NCBI GenBank assembly: GCA_044376115.1 | Contig: JBILLK010000019.1 | Coordinates: 96,001 to 160,000, forward strand | Direction: 5' to 3' | DNA length: 64,000 nt | Source of the DNA: Polyangiaceae bacterium | GTDB taxonomy: Bacteria > Myxococcota_A > Polyangia > Polyangiales > Polyangiaceae | In this document: positions 9,286 to 18,844 of the stretch, piece after piece | Layout of the letters: each line of letters opens with the position of its first letter | Numbering within the stretch: the stretch's first letter is position 1 | Notes under the pieces: model-generated | Told to the model about the DNA's origin: nothing | The model's database searches: none | What the model saw: only the letters and a program-made list of their open reading frames with translations | Made by a program: the position numbers and the translations under genes

Positions 9286-10782
9286 TTACTGGAACCGCAG
9301 ACCAAGAACGTACTCTTGCCATCGGAGCTTGAAGTCGGTCATGTCCGTCTCGCCCAACACCTTCTGCAGTGTTTTGAAGCCAGTTGGATCGGCTTTTTGT
9401 GCCGCGCGGTAGGCCTTGTAGAAGGGAATCAGCGTGCCCTTCTCTTGCATATAGAGGAAGAGATACCGGGCTTGTGCATAGTTGGTCCCAGTGTCGCTGT
9501 CGTAGAAGGCGCTGTCGCTCAGGGCCGCGAGTTCTGCAAAGCTAGGCACGCTATTGGCTTTGATGGCGCGCTGGAGTCCGCGCAGTCGCCAGTTCGGAAG
9601 GCCGACGATGTGCCCCTCGCGCTCCGCGCTCTGCTCGAAGAGCGAACCGAGCCCCTCGTTGATCCATGCCGGCGCATCGAGCAGATCGGCCTCGACGTAC
9701 GGATGCACGATCTCGTGGACGAGCGTGCCCCCGCCCGTGGCGATGTTCATGAAGAGCCCTCCGTGCGTAGACGAATAGAAGCCGTAGGGCGTCGTCGGCG
9801 CGCTGCCGGTCAACGCCTTCACACCGTGTTCGTAGCTGCGCTCGTCGTTGAACAGGTAGACATCAAGAATCTTTGTCGGCCGGGTCTTGAAGAAGTCCTT
9901 CTCTAAGTGGTCGGCGGCCCAGCGAACGGTCTGGGCGCGGCTGTGGAGAGTCTCCGGAGCGTCGTTGCCGATGACCACGAAAGGCTCTTCGATTCGAACG
10001 TTCAGGGCCTCGAGCCCTACGTCCTGGAGTCGTTCGCGCAAGGCCAAAACATGTTGCGCGTAGGCAGCCTTCGAACTCTCACCGGCGCGCGCCGCAGGCG
10101 GCTGCACGAGTTGAGCCGGTTCAAGCGCAATGCGCACGAGCGACCATCGCTGTGGCTCGTACTTTAGCGGCCACAGGGCTTCGAACCGAGCTCGCTTCAT
10201 CCGCCGGTAGCCGCCGCTGTCCTCAGCGGGTTCCTGGTAGATGACTTCCTCGGCTTCGCCGTCGTAGCCGACGACGAGTCGGAAGTGCTCGGTCGTGTTC
10301 GGACGCTCGTCGAAGTGCATGCATACGATGCTGGGAACGCCGCGCATGAGGTCGGCATGGAGCGCCGCAAAGCTTTCGCTCAAATCGCGCGAAGGCGCAC
10401 GCGCGTCCACGTGGGTCCAGACCTTGCCGGGCTTGAAGCCAAGACGTTCTGCAGCAAGCACCAGTTCTGCGGTGTAGGCACCTCGGCCAAGAGCTGGATC
10501 TACGCCCGCTTGCGCGAAGACCTCGTCTTGGCCGTAGTTCATGCCTAGCCGGCGCGCAGCCATCTCAATGCAGGCTTCGCCGCAGAAGTCGGGCTCTTGC
10601 TTGACGAAGGGTACGCCTTCGATCACGACGCTCGGAAAGAAGGAGCTGGGCCCGGTAGACGACTCGCTAGCCTCAGCGGAATCGAGCGGGGCCGCGGAGC
10701 GCGCGGGTGCTGGGCGGTCGCATCCGCACACCGCCAGGAGGAAGCCAGAGATAGCCAGAATTAGGCGCATAGTTGGGGGCAT
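9286..10782 (-). CDS. Lipoprotein with C39-like cysteine peptidase and HExxH metallopeptidase domains
   Basis: KQEPDFCGEAC...EHFRLVVGYD; TLVHEIVH...AWINEGLGS; LAVCGC lipobox-like. Confidence 0.75.
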   Translation of the reverse strand: MPPTMRLILAISGFLLAVCGCDRPAPARSAAPLDSAEASESSTGPSSFFPSVVIEGVPFVKQEPDFCGEACIEMAARRLGMNYGQDEVFAQAGVDPALGRGAYTAELVLAAERLGFKPGKVWTHVDARAPSRDLSESFAALHADLMRGVPSIVCMHFDERPNTTEHFRLVVGYDGEAEEVIYQEPAEDSGGYRRMKRARFEALWPLKYEPQRWSLVRIALEPAQLVQPPAARAGESSKAAYAQHVLALRERLQDVGLEALNVRIEEPFVVIGNDAPETLHSRAQTVRWAADHLEKDFFKTRPTKILDVYLFNDERSYEHGVKALTGSAPTTPYGFYSSTHGGLFMNIATGGGTLVHEIVHPYVEADLLDAPAWINEGLGSLFEQSAEREGHIVGLPNWRLRGLQRAIKANSVPSFAELAALSDSAFYDSDTGTNYAQARYLFLYMQEKGTLIPFYKAYRAAQKADPTGFKTLQKVLGETDMTDFKLRWQEYVLGLRFQ

Positions 10783-10908
10783 CGTTTGATAGTCGGCGAG
10801 TCCCAGCCGATTGTGACACGGCGTTCGCCACATTCTCGCCATCGTAGGCCCTCGTACTCTCCATCGCGCCGCCTCGGCTCGGCCGGTTTGGGTGAGCATG
10901 CTCACGGC

Positions 10909-11697
10909 GTGGCTCGACCTGTCCTTACGCTCGTGATCACCTTGGCCCTGTTCGTCGGGGGATTTCTCACAGCAGCGGAGTCGTTGTCGGTGCGGACCGA
11001 GTTCCCTGCGACGGGACGACCCTACGACGCGATCGTCGTGCTCGGCTGTCGAGTCAACGAAGGCGGTAGCGCAAGCGATTCGTTACGGCGACGCGCCAGG
11101 TTGGCCGCCAAGCTCTTTCATCAGGGCGTGGCGCCCTTGATCGTCACGACGGGTGGAGTCGGGACCCACGGTCCAAGCGAGGCTTCGGTGGCTGCAAACA
11201 TCCTGGTGGAAGAAGGAGTCCCTCGGGAACGCATCGTTTTGGAGGGGCGTTCCACCAGCACCGAGGAGAACGCGGCGTTTGCTAGGCAGCTGATCGGAGA
11301 GGCCCGCGTGGTGGTTGTGACCGACGGCTTTCACGCGCTGCGGGCGAGGAGGACGTTTGCTCGCTACTTCGAAAGTGTTGGCGCTGCGACGACGCAGTCT
11401 TCATTCGTGCATGTGCGTCGTAAGCTGGCGGCGCGCGAAGTGGTCGCCTTGTTGGCCTACGCGGCTCTCGGCAAGATGACCCTGGGCCGTCCCTTGAGAG
11501 CTACGTTGCCCTCGTTAGAAGGTTCTGGGTCGCTCGCAGCCCAGTCGTGGTCAAGAACCCCGAGCGTGCCGTTCGAGCCGGGCAGCCTCTTTTGCGGCTC
11601 CGGTCTCTTGATGTCTTGCTGGCTCGACGAAGCGCGCCGACGCCGAGCTTCACCCTCGATGATCTCTCCGTCATCGTCGATCAGGTCGTTCAGCTGA
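10909..11697 (+). CDS. YdcF/DUF218 (ElyC/SanA-like) family protein
   Basis: DAIVVLG, TTGG, SEA, EGRSTSTEENA, VVVTDGFHALRA; start uncertain; 3' end runs into repeat copy 2. Confidence 0.8.
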   Translation: MARPVLTLVITLALFVGGFLTAAESLSVRTEFPATGRPYDAIVVLGCRVNEGGSASDSLRRRARLAAKLFHQGVAPLIVTTGGVGTHGPSEASVAANILVEEGVPRERIVLEGRSTSTEENAAFARQLIGEARVVVVTDGFHALRARRTFARYFESVGAATTQSSFVHVRRKLAAREVVALLAYAALGKMTLGRPLRATLPSLEGSGSLAAQSWSRTPSVPFEPGSLFCGSGLLMSCWLDEARRRRASPSMISPSSSIRSFS

Positions 11698-11765
11698 ATC
11701 CGCGGTGCATACCGCTCTCGTCAACCAATCCACGGCGGCGCAGGTGGTGCTGAGGTTGGGGTGTT
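11658..11765. repeat. ~110-bp imperfect direct repeat, copy 2
   Basis: Aligns with 9043-9152. Confidence 0.9.
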
Positions 11766-11947
11766 ACACGATGGAGGAAGTGTGCGGCGCTGAGAGCGCG
11801 CGGCCTAGCGACGCAAGAACCCGACCGTCAGCGCCAAGGCCGCAAGCAGCAAGGCCGCGATCGGGTAGATCCAAAGCGAGGAGCGAGCGCGCGCTGGCCG
11901 GGGATCAACCGCATCGTGCACCGGTCTCTGAGCGTGGTGTGCCGGTG

Positions 11948-13060
11948 TTACGTTTCCGCAGGCGCTACCAGCGCGGGCAACGCGAAGGCTCCGTTGGGAA
12001 GAGTCCGCGGCAGCTCGGGTCCCTGAGGAAGCGTAGCCGGCGGAGGCATCCGCTCGGTGTTGGGCTGCCGCACCAACGTAGCCGTATCGGAGCCAAGGGC
12101 TGGCTCCGCGCTCGTTGCGCCTGGTTGTGCGCCTGGGCCCACGGCGAGTGCGTGCGACGCCTGAGCCGACATCTGCACGGTCTTGATCGGCGCTGCCCGG
12201 CTTGTACGCGCCTTGGCTTGGAGCAGCGCGAGCCTCATCGCCCGCGCGTCAGCCCAACGCTCGCCAGGCTCAAAACGAAGTGCGCGGTCGAACACAGCGG
12301 CTATCTCTTCATCCAGCTCCCCGAGCCGAACCCGGACCGGTGCAACCTGCAGGGTCGACGCGGCCACGAGAAGCTCGGGAACGGTCGTGCCCGGGTGGAC
12401 CTGTTCGCCGCTCAGCAGCGTGTACGCCGTGGCTGCGAGCGCAAACAGATCGGTGCGGCTGTCCACCCGATCCCAATGCGAAAGAGCTTGCTCCGGCGGC
12501 ATGAACGCTGGCGTTCCCATCATCGCGCTCGAGTTCGTCACTTCGGCTTGGCCCTCCTGAGCGGGGTCGGTTAGTCGCGCGATGCCGAAGTCGAGCACTT
12601 TGATCGCGCCGCCCTCGACGATGAAGAGGTTGTCGGGCTTGAGATCGCGGTGAACGATTTTGTGGGCGTGCGCGGCTTCGAGTACGGAGAGCACCTGATC
12701 GACGATGTCGAGTACGAGCGGCAGGGGCAGCTTGCGATCGGCCTCGAGCCATCGCTGCTTGACCGTAACTCCCTCGAGCAGCTCCATCACAAGAAACACC
12801 AACCCATCGTCGGTCACGTCGTCATCGAGCACCCTCACCGCGCCGCCGTGCTCGAGCTTGTTCGCCACGTAGCCTTCGCGCATGAAGCGCTTCTTCGTGA
12901 ATTCGCTCTCGTTCAGCTCTCGGTGCAACACCTTGATGGCACCACGCATGCCGTTGCGATGGGTGGCCGCGTACACCGCTGAGGTAGCGCCTCGGCCCAA
13001 AAATCGGTCGATGCGCCACTTCTCCCGCAAGAGGACGCCGGGCTTTAGCAACGAGGCCAT
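11948..13060 (-). CDS. Ser/Thr protein kinase (probably frameshifted before TM segment)
   Basis: GRGATSAVY, AIK, HRDLKPDN, DFG, GTPAFMPPEQ. Confidence 0.9.
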   Translation of the reverse strand: MASLLKPGVLLREKWRIDRFLGRGATSAVYAATHRNGMRGAIKVLHRELNESEFTKKRFMREGYVANKLEHGGAVRVLDDDVTDDGLVFLVMELLEGVTVKQRWLEADRKLPLPLVLDIVDQVLSVLEAAHAHKIVHRDLKPDNLFIVEGGAIKVLDFGIARLTDPAQEGQAEVTNSSAMMGTPAFMPPEQALSHWDRVDSRTDLFALAATAYTLLSGEQVHPGTTVPELLVAASTLQVAPVRVRLGELDEEIAAVFDRALRFEPGERWADARAMRLALLQAKARTSRAAPIKTVQMSAQASHALAVGPGAQPGATSAEPALGSDTATLVRQPNTERMPPPATLPQGPELPRTLPNGAFALPALVAPAET

Positions 13061-13105
13061 CGCGGCGTGACGATACCACGCTGACCTGCGCGTGCGGCCT
13101 GCGCA

Positions 13106-14728
13106 TCAGGCTGCTGCGGCAGAGGGGTGCGTTGGGTCAGGGCCCCACTGAGACATTGAGTTCGATCGGGGAGCCCGAGAACGGTGGGCAGCTCTGACGC
13201 TCGCCACGCACGAGCCGGCAGCGCTGAAAGGCGGACGCTGCATTGAGGACCAACGGCCGGTGTTCGAGATGAAGACCCGTAGGTTCACCGCCTGCGGCGG
13301 CTTGCAGAACGAAATCGCGACGCTCCTCAGCTTGCCGACCTGAACGAGAGCGTCGCTTTGCACCTGCTCTCGTGTCGCGCGGTTCGTAGGCGCGACGGGA
13401 CCGCCGGACTTGATTTGCGATGGCGTGGTTTGGCTGCTCTGCGGGGAAGGGATGACGCCGGAATCTGCAGGTACAGCGGCGCTTGGTGCGCTCGTCGACT
13501 GCGCGCTCGTCACTGCGGATGAGGCGCTCGCTATGGGCGAGCTCGCCTCGACGTCACTCGCGAGGTTGGCGGAGCTTTGCTGCGAGGCCGATGGTCCGTC
13601 GCGCAGCGCGAACCACCCGAGCGCTGCACCGCCGAGTACGAGCGCGGCAGCGCCAGCCATCCCGAGTCGCCGGGCGCTCGTGCTCCCGACCGACCGCGCC
13701 ACGCTCCCGGAGACCAGGGTCCCGTCGGCGGATAGCGCGGGTTGCGGCTTTTTTTGCTGCGCTACGGTGCTTGCTGCCTCCGCACCAATCGGCTGGCGCG
13801 TCGTCGCGCTCGCGTGGGTCGCTTCTCCGGCGGCTGCAGTTTGCTCCGCTTCTGCCGGCTCAAGCAGCGCAGGCAGGTCCTTGCGCTCGATGCGGAGAAT
13901 GGCGTCACGCATTTCTGCCGCCGAAGCAAAGCGGTCTTCCTTGTCGAAGGCCACCGCGCGGTCGATCAATTCTGCGACCGCAGGCGGCGCGTTGCCGCAG
14001 ATCTCGAGCAGGGGCTTCGCCTGCCGCGTTGCGGCCATCACCAGCGCTTCGGCGCCGGTGGTCGCGCCATGGAGCGAGACTCCGGTGAGCAACGAACGCA
14101 TCGAAGCGCCGAGCGAGAAGAGGTCGCTGCGACTGTCGACGAGCGACCATTTGGCCAGCGCCTGCTCGGGCGACATATAGGCCGGCGTGCCCAACATGGC
14201 CCCGGTTTGGGTGCGCTCCGACGCCGACTCGACGGCGCGAGCGATACCGAAGTCGAGCAGCTTCACCTCGCCCGAGTTCGTGAGGAAGACGTTCTCGGGC
14301 TTTACGTCGCGATGAATGACCCCCGCTTGGTGGGCCGCAGCGAGCATGTCGAGTACAGCGAGGCTCGTCCTCAAGACGTCCAACACCGGGAGTCGCTTTT
14401 CGTGATCGAGCCAGGCCTGCTTCCAGGTCTGGCCTTCGAGCAGCTCCATTACCAGGAAGGCGAGCCCATCTTCGGTGACGTCGTCGTCGAGGATCTTCAC
14501 GGCGCCTGGGTGGTTGAGCGACTGCGCCGCTCGTCCTTCGCGCTGAAAGCGCGCGCGAAGCTCGGGGTCCGAAGCGAGGTGAGGGCGCAGCACCTTGATC
14601 GCCGCGCGCTGCTGACCGCTGTGATGCGTGGCCGCGTAGACCACCGCCATGCCCCCTTCGCCCAGCTTCGAATCGAGCGTCCACTTGGATCGGAGACAGC
14701 GTCCGCTGAGGTCATCTCCGGAAGACAT
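13106..14728 (-). CDS. Membrane Ser/Thr protein kinase (probable C-terminal frameshift)
   Basis: GEGGMAVVY, HRDVKPEN, DFG, GTPAYMSPEQ, TM helix; start ATG 14728. Confidence 0.9.
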   Translation of the reverse strand: MSSGDDLSGRCLRSKWTLDSKLGEGGMAVVYAATHHSGQQRAAIKVLRPHLASDPELRARFQREGRAAQSLNHPGAVKILDDDVTEDGLAFLVMELLEGQTWKQAWLDHEKRLPVLDVLRTSLAVLDMLAAAHQAGVIHRDVKPENVFLTNSGEVKLLDFGIARAVESASERTQTGAMLGTPAYMSPEQALAKWSLVDSRSDLFSLGASMRSLLTGVSLHGATTGAEALVMAATRQAKPLLEICGNAPPAVAELIDRAVAFDKEDRFASAAEMRDAILRIERKDLPALLEPAEAEQTAAAGEATHASATTRQPIGAEAASTVAQQKKPQPALSADGTLVSGSVARSVGSTSARRLGMAGAAALVLGGAALGWFALRDGPSASQQSSANLASDVEASSPIASASSAVTSAQSTSAPSAAVPADSGVIPSPQSSQTTPSQIKSGGPVAPTNRATREQVQSDALVQVGKLRSVAISFCKPPQAVNLRVFISNTGRWSSMQRPPFSAAGSCVASVRAAHRSRAPRSNSMSQWGPDPTHPSAAAA

Positions 14729-14817
14729 TCGCGCGAAAGGATACGGAACAAGCTCGCATGTGTCACGGAGCCACAAGACCGCGGAATCGGCGCTGCAGAG
14801 CCTCCGATGCCTGGTTG

Positions 14818-16599
14818 CTATGCACTCGGGCCTCTCGTTGCTGCTACGCGGTCACGGATACCGAGCAGCATGCGACGGTCCATCGCGAAGCCGACGGGTT
14901 CGAGCAGTGCTGGCCCTTGCATCAGGCGAGTCGCGAGGTCGTCGGAGCAGGCCGAACGGAAGCGACTTACGACGCGACAGCCGCCTGCGCTGCGCGGTTC
15001 GAGCAGGAAGGCCCAGCTCGCTGCGGCCCAGGGCTTTCCGCTGTTGCGGGCCTTCTCATCAGCGGGCGCAACCGCCACCAGGCTGCGCCCGGGCTCCACC
15101 GTGACGACGCGAAGAGGCGGCATGGTTGGGTGAAGCAACAGGTCATCCCCAACTTTGTGCGCCCACTCGGGGTGGATCGTCTCGGCGTTGCGCACGTTGC
15201 ACTTCGCCAGATTTTCGAGCCATTGGTAGCTGTAGAACCCAGCGCGATCCGCGCCGAGCTGCGCGAGCCAGGGCCAGATCTCTTCGGCTGAAGCGTCAAC
15301 GTCCAGCGCGTGAGTCCAGGACCAGCGAGGCTGTGGGACGCAATCATCGCCGGGGCGCGGTGAGCTGGCTTCCTCCGCTGTGAGCCCCCAGTGGTTGCGC
15401 AGCGGCCTCAGGAAGGGCGTCAACCAAGCGAGCGTCATGATCGCGGCGCCGGCGACGCCAGCCGCGATATCCACGGGAGTGTCTTGTGCCAGCCGGCCTT
15501 CGGCGCGGGCGGCGAGGTGCCGCAGTTGCGTCGTTTGCATGAGCGCATGGACTGGGCGCAGCCAGGCGAGATGCAGTCGTTCGCTTGGGCTGAAGGCTAC
15601 GCGAGCGCGCACGTGAAGGCGCGTTTCGCTTGGGCTGAGCGGTTCGAGTACGAAGGCCCACGTGATTTGCCAGAAGCGAATTGGCCGAGTGCTACCGAAG
15701 CGGAGCTGTTTGTCGGCTCCTACGTCGAACAAGCCACCGAGTACGAGTGCCCTTTCGGGATCGATGGCGAGCACTTCGAAGCCGTCGGTCCCGTTCGGGG
15801 TGGCTGGGATGATGTCCCCGACGATCACATTTTGCAGCTCGGTGTGAACTTCGCGCGCGGAGGCTTTGCCTCCGTTGTCGAGCGAATCGATGGCGTAGAA
15901 GCCTCCGCGCCGACAGCCCATCTGCAGCAGCCAGGGCCAAATCTGCTGAGGTGTCGCGTTCATCGTGATGCCGTGGGTCAGTTGGCAGCCCACGTCGACG
16001 AGCCGTTCGTCACCGGGGAGGGGCCGCGTTTCCTCGCGCTCCTCCGGGCTACCAAAGCGATCTCGCAGACGGCTCAGCAGCAGGGCGCGAAGGAAGTGCG
16101 AACTTGGACCGATCACATGCCAATAGCGCGTAAACAGCCTCCAGGAGACCTCGTCGGTGGCGTCGACGCGAAGCTCGAAGCGGAGCCTGGTTGCCGCCTG
16201 ACCGAGCGGTTCGAGTCGAATCGACCAGGCGACCTTGATCCAACCGGGGCGAGCGAAGCGCGCGTACGCGTCGGCATCGGCGACGTGTTCGAACGGAATG
16301 TCGAGCTGCCAAACCCGGCCGATGGCGCCTACCGTGAGTTCGCGACCAGCGTCTTCGCCGAGCAGCTGGAAGCCCGGGTGGGCCACACTCGATCGCAGCT
16401 GGTCGATGCACAGCGTCGCTGCAGGCGCAGTCGGGTCGTGCGGCGAGGGCAACGTACGCAAGGCGAAGAGCGCGCGCGTTAGCGGCGAATCCCCGAGATC
16501 AGCGTGGCGGACGTAGGCCCATACCAGATCCGGGGGCGCGGCCAGATCGACGCTGTCGCTTTCGACCTTGCGGGGAACGGGGATGAGTTGCTCCAGCAT
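14818..16599 (-). CDS. Tandem SRPBCC/START-like domain protein
   Basis: Repeated IWPWLxQxG..R.GFY motif twice plus an N-terminal AAPPDLVW domain. Confidence 0.7.
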   Translation of the reverse strand: MLEQLIPVPRKVESDSVDLAAPPDLVWAYVRHADLGDSPLTRALFALRTLPSPHDPTAPAATLCIDQLRSSVAHPGFQLLGEDAGRELTVGAIGRVWQLDIPFEHVADADAYARFARPGWIKVAWSIRLEPLGQAATRLRFELRVDATDEVSWRLFTRYWHVIGPSSHFLRALLLSRLRDRFGSPEEREETRPLPGDERLVDVGCQLTHGITMNATPQQIWPWLLQMGCRRGGFYAIDSLDNGGKASAREVHTELQNVIVGDIIPATPNGTDGFEVLAIDPERALVLGGLFDVGADKQLRFGSTRPIRFWQITWAFVLEPLSPSETRLHVRARVAFSPSERLHLAWLRPVHALMQTTQLRHLAARAEGRLAQDTPVDIAAGVAGAAIMTLAWLTPFLRPLRNHWGLTAEEASSPRPGDDCVPQPRWSWTHALDVDASAEEIWPWLAQLGADRAGFYSYQWLENLAKCNVRNAETIHPEWAHKVGDDLLLHPTMPPLRVVTVEPGRSLVAVAPADEKARNSGKPWAAASWAFLLEPRSAGGCRVVSRFRSACSDDLATRLMQGPALLEPVGFAMDRRMLLGIRDRVAATRGPSA

Positions 16600-17073
16600 G
16601 CCCTTCCCATCGCAAGGCTCGGACCAAGCGACCCTTCGCGCACGAGGCGCGGAAATGCGCCGTCGTCATCCGCTTGCGAGCTGGGCTGTGCATCCATTCG
16701 ATGGGCCTTCCCCATCAGCTTGATGCGCGCCCGCGTGCATTGTCCGTTTGCGTCGACCTCCGTCGCTCACCAACGCGAGATGCCGGTGTCTGGGCTCCAC
16801 ACAGGCTACCGCCTGCGAGACCTTGAACGACCACGTGCAGTGAACGGTCCGCTTCGACGGTGGCCGAGCCCGCGCTGGGGTTGGCGCTTGGGACGACGGG
16901 TTTACTTCCTCGGTCTCTCGTTCTCGCGTCCAGCGCTCGCGTGCGTGGCGATCATCCGGGCCATCGCTTGAGACCTAGCCAACGCTCGAAAACCGCTGCA
17001 CTCAATGTCTAAATCGTGCACATCATGAGTACTGCAACGAGGTGGGTTTTTGAAGGTGTGAGTCCTCCAATGG

Positions 17074-17089
17074 CGGCACGGTTCCTGCT
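17074..17089 (+). promoter_or_regulatory. sigma54 (-24/-12) promoter
   Basis: CGGCACGGTTCCTGCT, GG-N10-GC, 12 nt before ATG 17102. Confidence 0.65.
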
Positions 17090-17101
17090 CAACGGGCCGC
17101 C

Positions 17102-18796
17102 ATGCTCAAGCCGCTGATGCTGCTGCTCCTCGTCGCCTCAACCGTTCTCGCGGGGTGCATCACGCAGGATCCACTCGGGGGCGACGAAAACTCCGATATT
17201 TCCTACGCCGCCGAGGCTTCGGGGCCGCTCGTACGCAAAGGCGCTCCGACCGAGGTCTGGTCCGTCGAGAACGCATGGGAGGATCGAACGACCCCCAGCG
17301 CCAAGCTCGCGGGCATCGCCTGGGAGGCCAACAGCGGGCTGTCGTGGGAAGAGAAGTACGCCCGTTGGATCGAGACGATGGAGCTGATGCCGAGCGCCTC
17401 CGGCTGGGGGCAGACCATCACCATCACCACTCCATACGGCGGCAAGAAGCTCCCGGGCCCGACGCTCGAGTGCGCCGAGGTCGCGCTGATGATGCGGGCA
17501 ACGTTTGCGTCTTGGTACAAGCTCCCGTTCTTCCTTCGAGCCTGGGACTCGGCGACGAAGCAGACGCTCTACGCCGGTCACATGGGTTTCGTCGACGCGA
17601 GCGGTAACAAGGTCGGTAACTTCCCTGCCTTCAAGAGCAAGTACGCCGACTACGAGAAGTCGTGGAAGGTCGGTGACGCTTGGCCGAGCGATGCAGTGCT
17701 TCGGTCGCGCCGCCTCGGCACCGATGACGCCGTCACCTTCCTCACCGACGCCGCGGGCCAGCCGCTCGGTGCTGGGGCCTACTTCGACGAGCTCTTCCTC
17801 AACAAGCGCACCGGCCACTTCATGCGCATGCTCTTGCTCTTCTACGGGAGCGTGAACCTCGCCGACGGCTCGAACATGTTCCACGTGGAGCCCGAGTCGG
17901 CTCGCGCTGGAGACGTCGTGCTCGAGCGTTGGCAGAAGATCGGCATCGGCCACACCATCCCGGTGTTGCGCGTCTCAGCGCCGCTCGAAGGTAGGCTCGC
18001 AATCGAAGTTGCGACCGGCTCGATGCCGCGACGCCAGCCTCGCTATGAAGACGCCCTCAGCGCGCGACGCTACTTCACCATGGAGGAGACTGGCGGTGAG
18101 GGCACGGCCGCCGATGGCAGCGAGTACGCCAAGCTCGGAGGCGGGCTGCGTCGTTGGCGCACTCCCATCAACAAAGGCGGGCGCTGGGTCAACGTGGTGC
18201 CGCAAGGCAGCCTGGACGCCTACATCCCCGACAGCAACACAGCGGCGATCGCAGCGCGCCCCACGCGCTTCGACGAGATCCTGATCACCGGCTCACCCGA
18301 AGAGGCGAAGGCAGCGCTGGTCTCGGTGATCGAGGGCGCGCGCGCCCATCTGCGCGAGCACCCTGCGAGCTGCTCGGCCCGCACCAACCGGGAGAACGCG
18401 TTCGCCGATCTGTACGAACTTTCGTGGAAGCTCGGGGTCACGCCGGCGGACCTCGACGCCGAACTCCGCACCGAGGCCGACTACGTATTCGCGCCGCTCG
18501 TGTACGAGGAGTCCAAGTCGTGCTGTTGGAACAGCACCACCGCCGCGATGGCCGAGATCATCCTCGACTACGCGCGGGTCGAGCGTGCAGAGGCCGAGGC
18601 TGCTGGAGAATGTCGCGAACCCACGGTCTTCAAGGCTCGTGAGGATGGCTATGCGTTGTGGGCGAACCACGCGAAGGCGCTCGGGCGTGAGGCCGAGTGG
18701 CTCGCTTGGAGCGAGGACGAGCCGTGCGAGCAGCGCGACGTCGCAGAAGACCTCGCGGCCGACTTCGGCGCTACGCCCAGCTGCTCGACGCTCTGA
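17102..18796 (+). CDS. Hypothetical lipoprotein with possible Cys-His catalytic dyad
   Basis: LAGC lipobox; LECAEVALMMRATFA and GHT motifs; strong codon bias. Confidence 0.7.
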   Translation: MLKPLMLLLLVASTVLAGCITQDPLGGDENSDISYAAEASGPLVRKGAPTEVWSVENAWEDRTTPSAKLAGIAWEANSGLSWEEKYARWIETMELMPSASGWGQTITITTPYGGKKLPGPTLECAEVALMMRATFASWYKLPFFLRAWDSATKQTLYAGHMGFVDASGNKVGNFPAFKSKYADYEKSWKVGDAWPSDAVLRSRRLGTDDAVTFLTDAAGQPLGAGAYFDELFLNKRTGHFMRMLLLFYGSVNLADGSNMFHVEPESARAGDVVLERWQKIGIGHTIPVLRVSAPLEGRLAIEVATGSMPRRQPRYEDALSARRYFTMEETGGEGTAADGSEYAKLGGGLRRWRTPINKGGRWVNVVPQGSLDAYIPDSNTAAIAARPTRFDEILITGSPEEAKAALVSVIEGARAHLREHPASCSARTNRENAFADLYELSWKLGVTPADLDAELRTEADYVFAPLVYEESKSCCWNSTTAAMAEIILDYARVERAEAEAAGECREPTVFKAREDGYALWANHAKALGREAEWLAWSEDEPCEQRDVAEDLAADFGATPSCSTL

Positions 18797-18844
18797 ACTG
18801 CGATCGTCAACACGCAGCTTCCGAACGGAGGTGAAGAACGACCT

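Noticed and set aside
11705..12574. 289-aa plus-strand ORF
   Set aside because: Antisense to the kinase and starts inside the repeat
16600..16975. Possible ncRNA or small ORF (16504-16971)
   Set aside because: No recognisable RNA family or coding signal by eye
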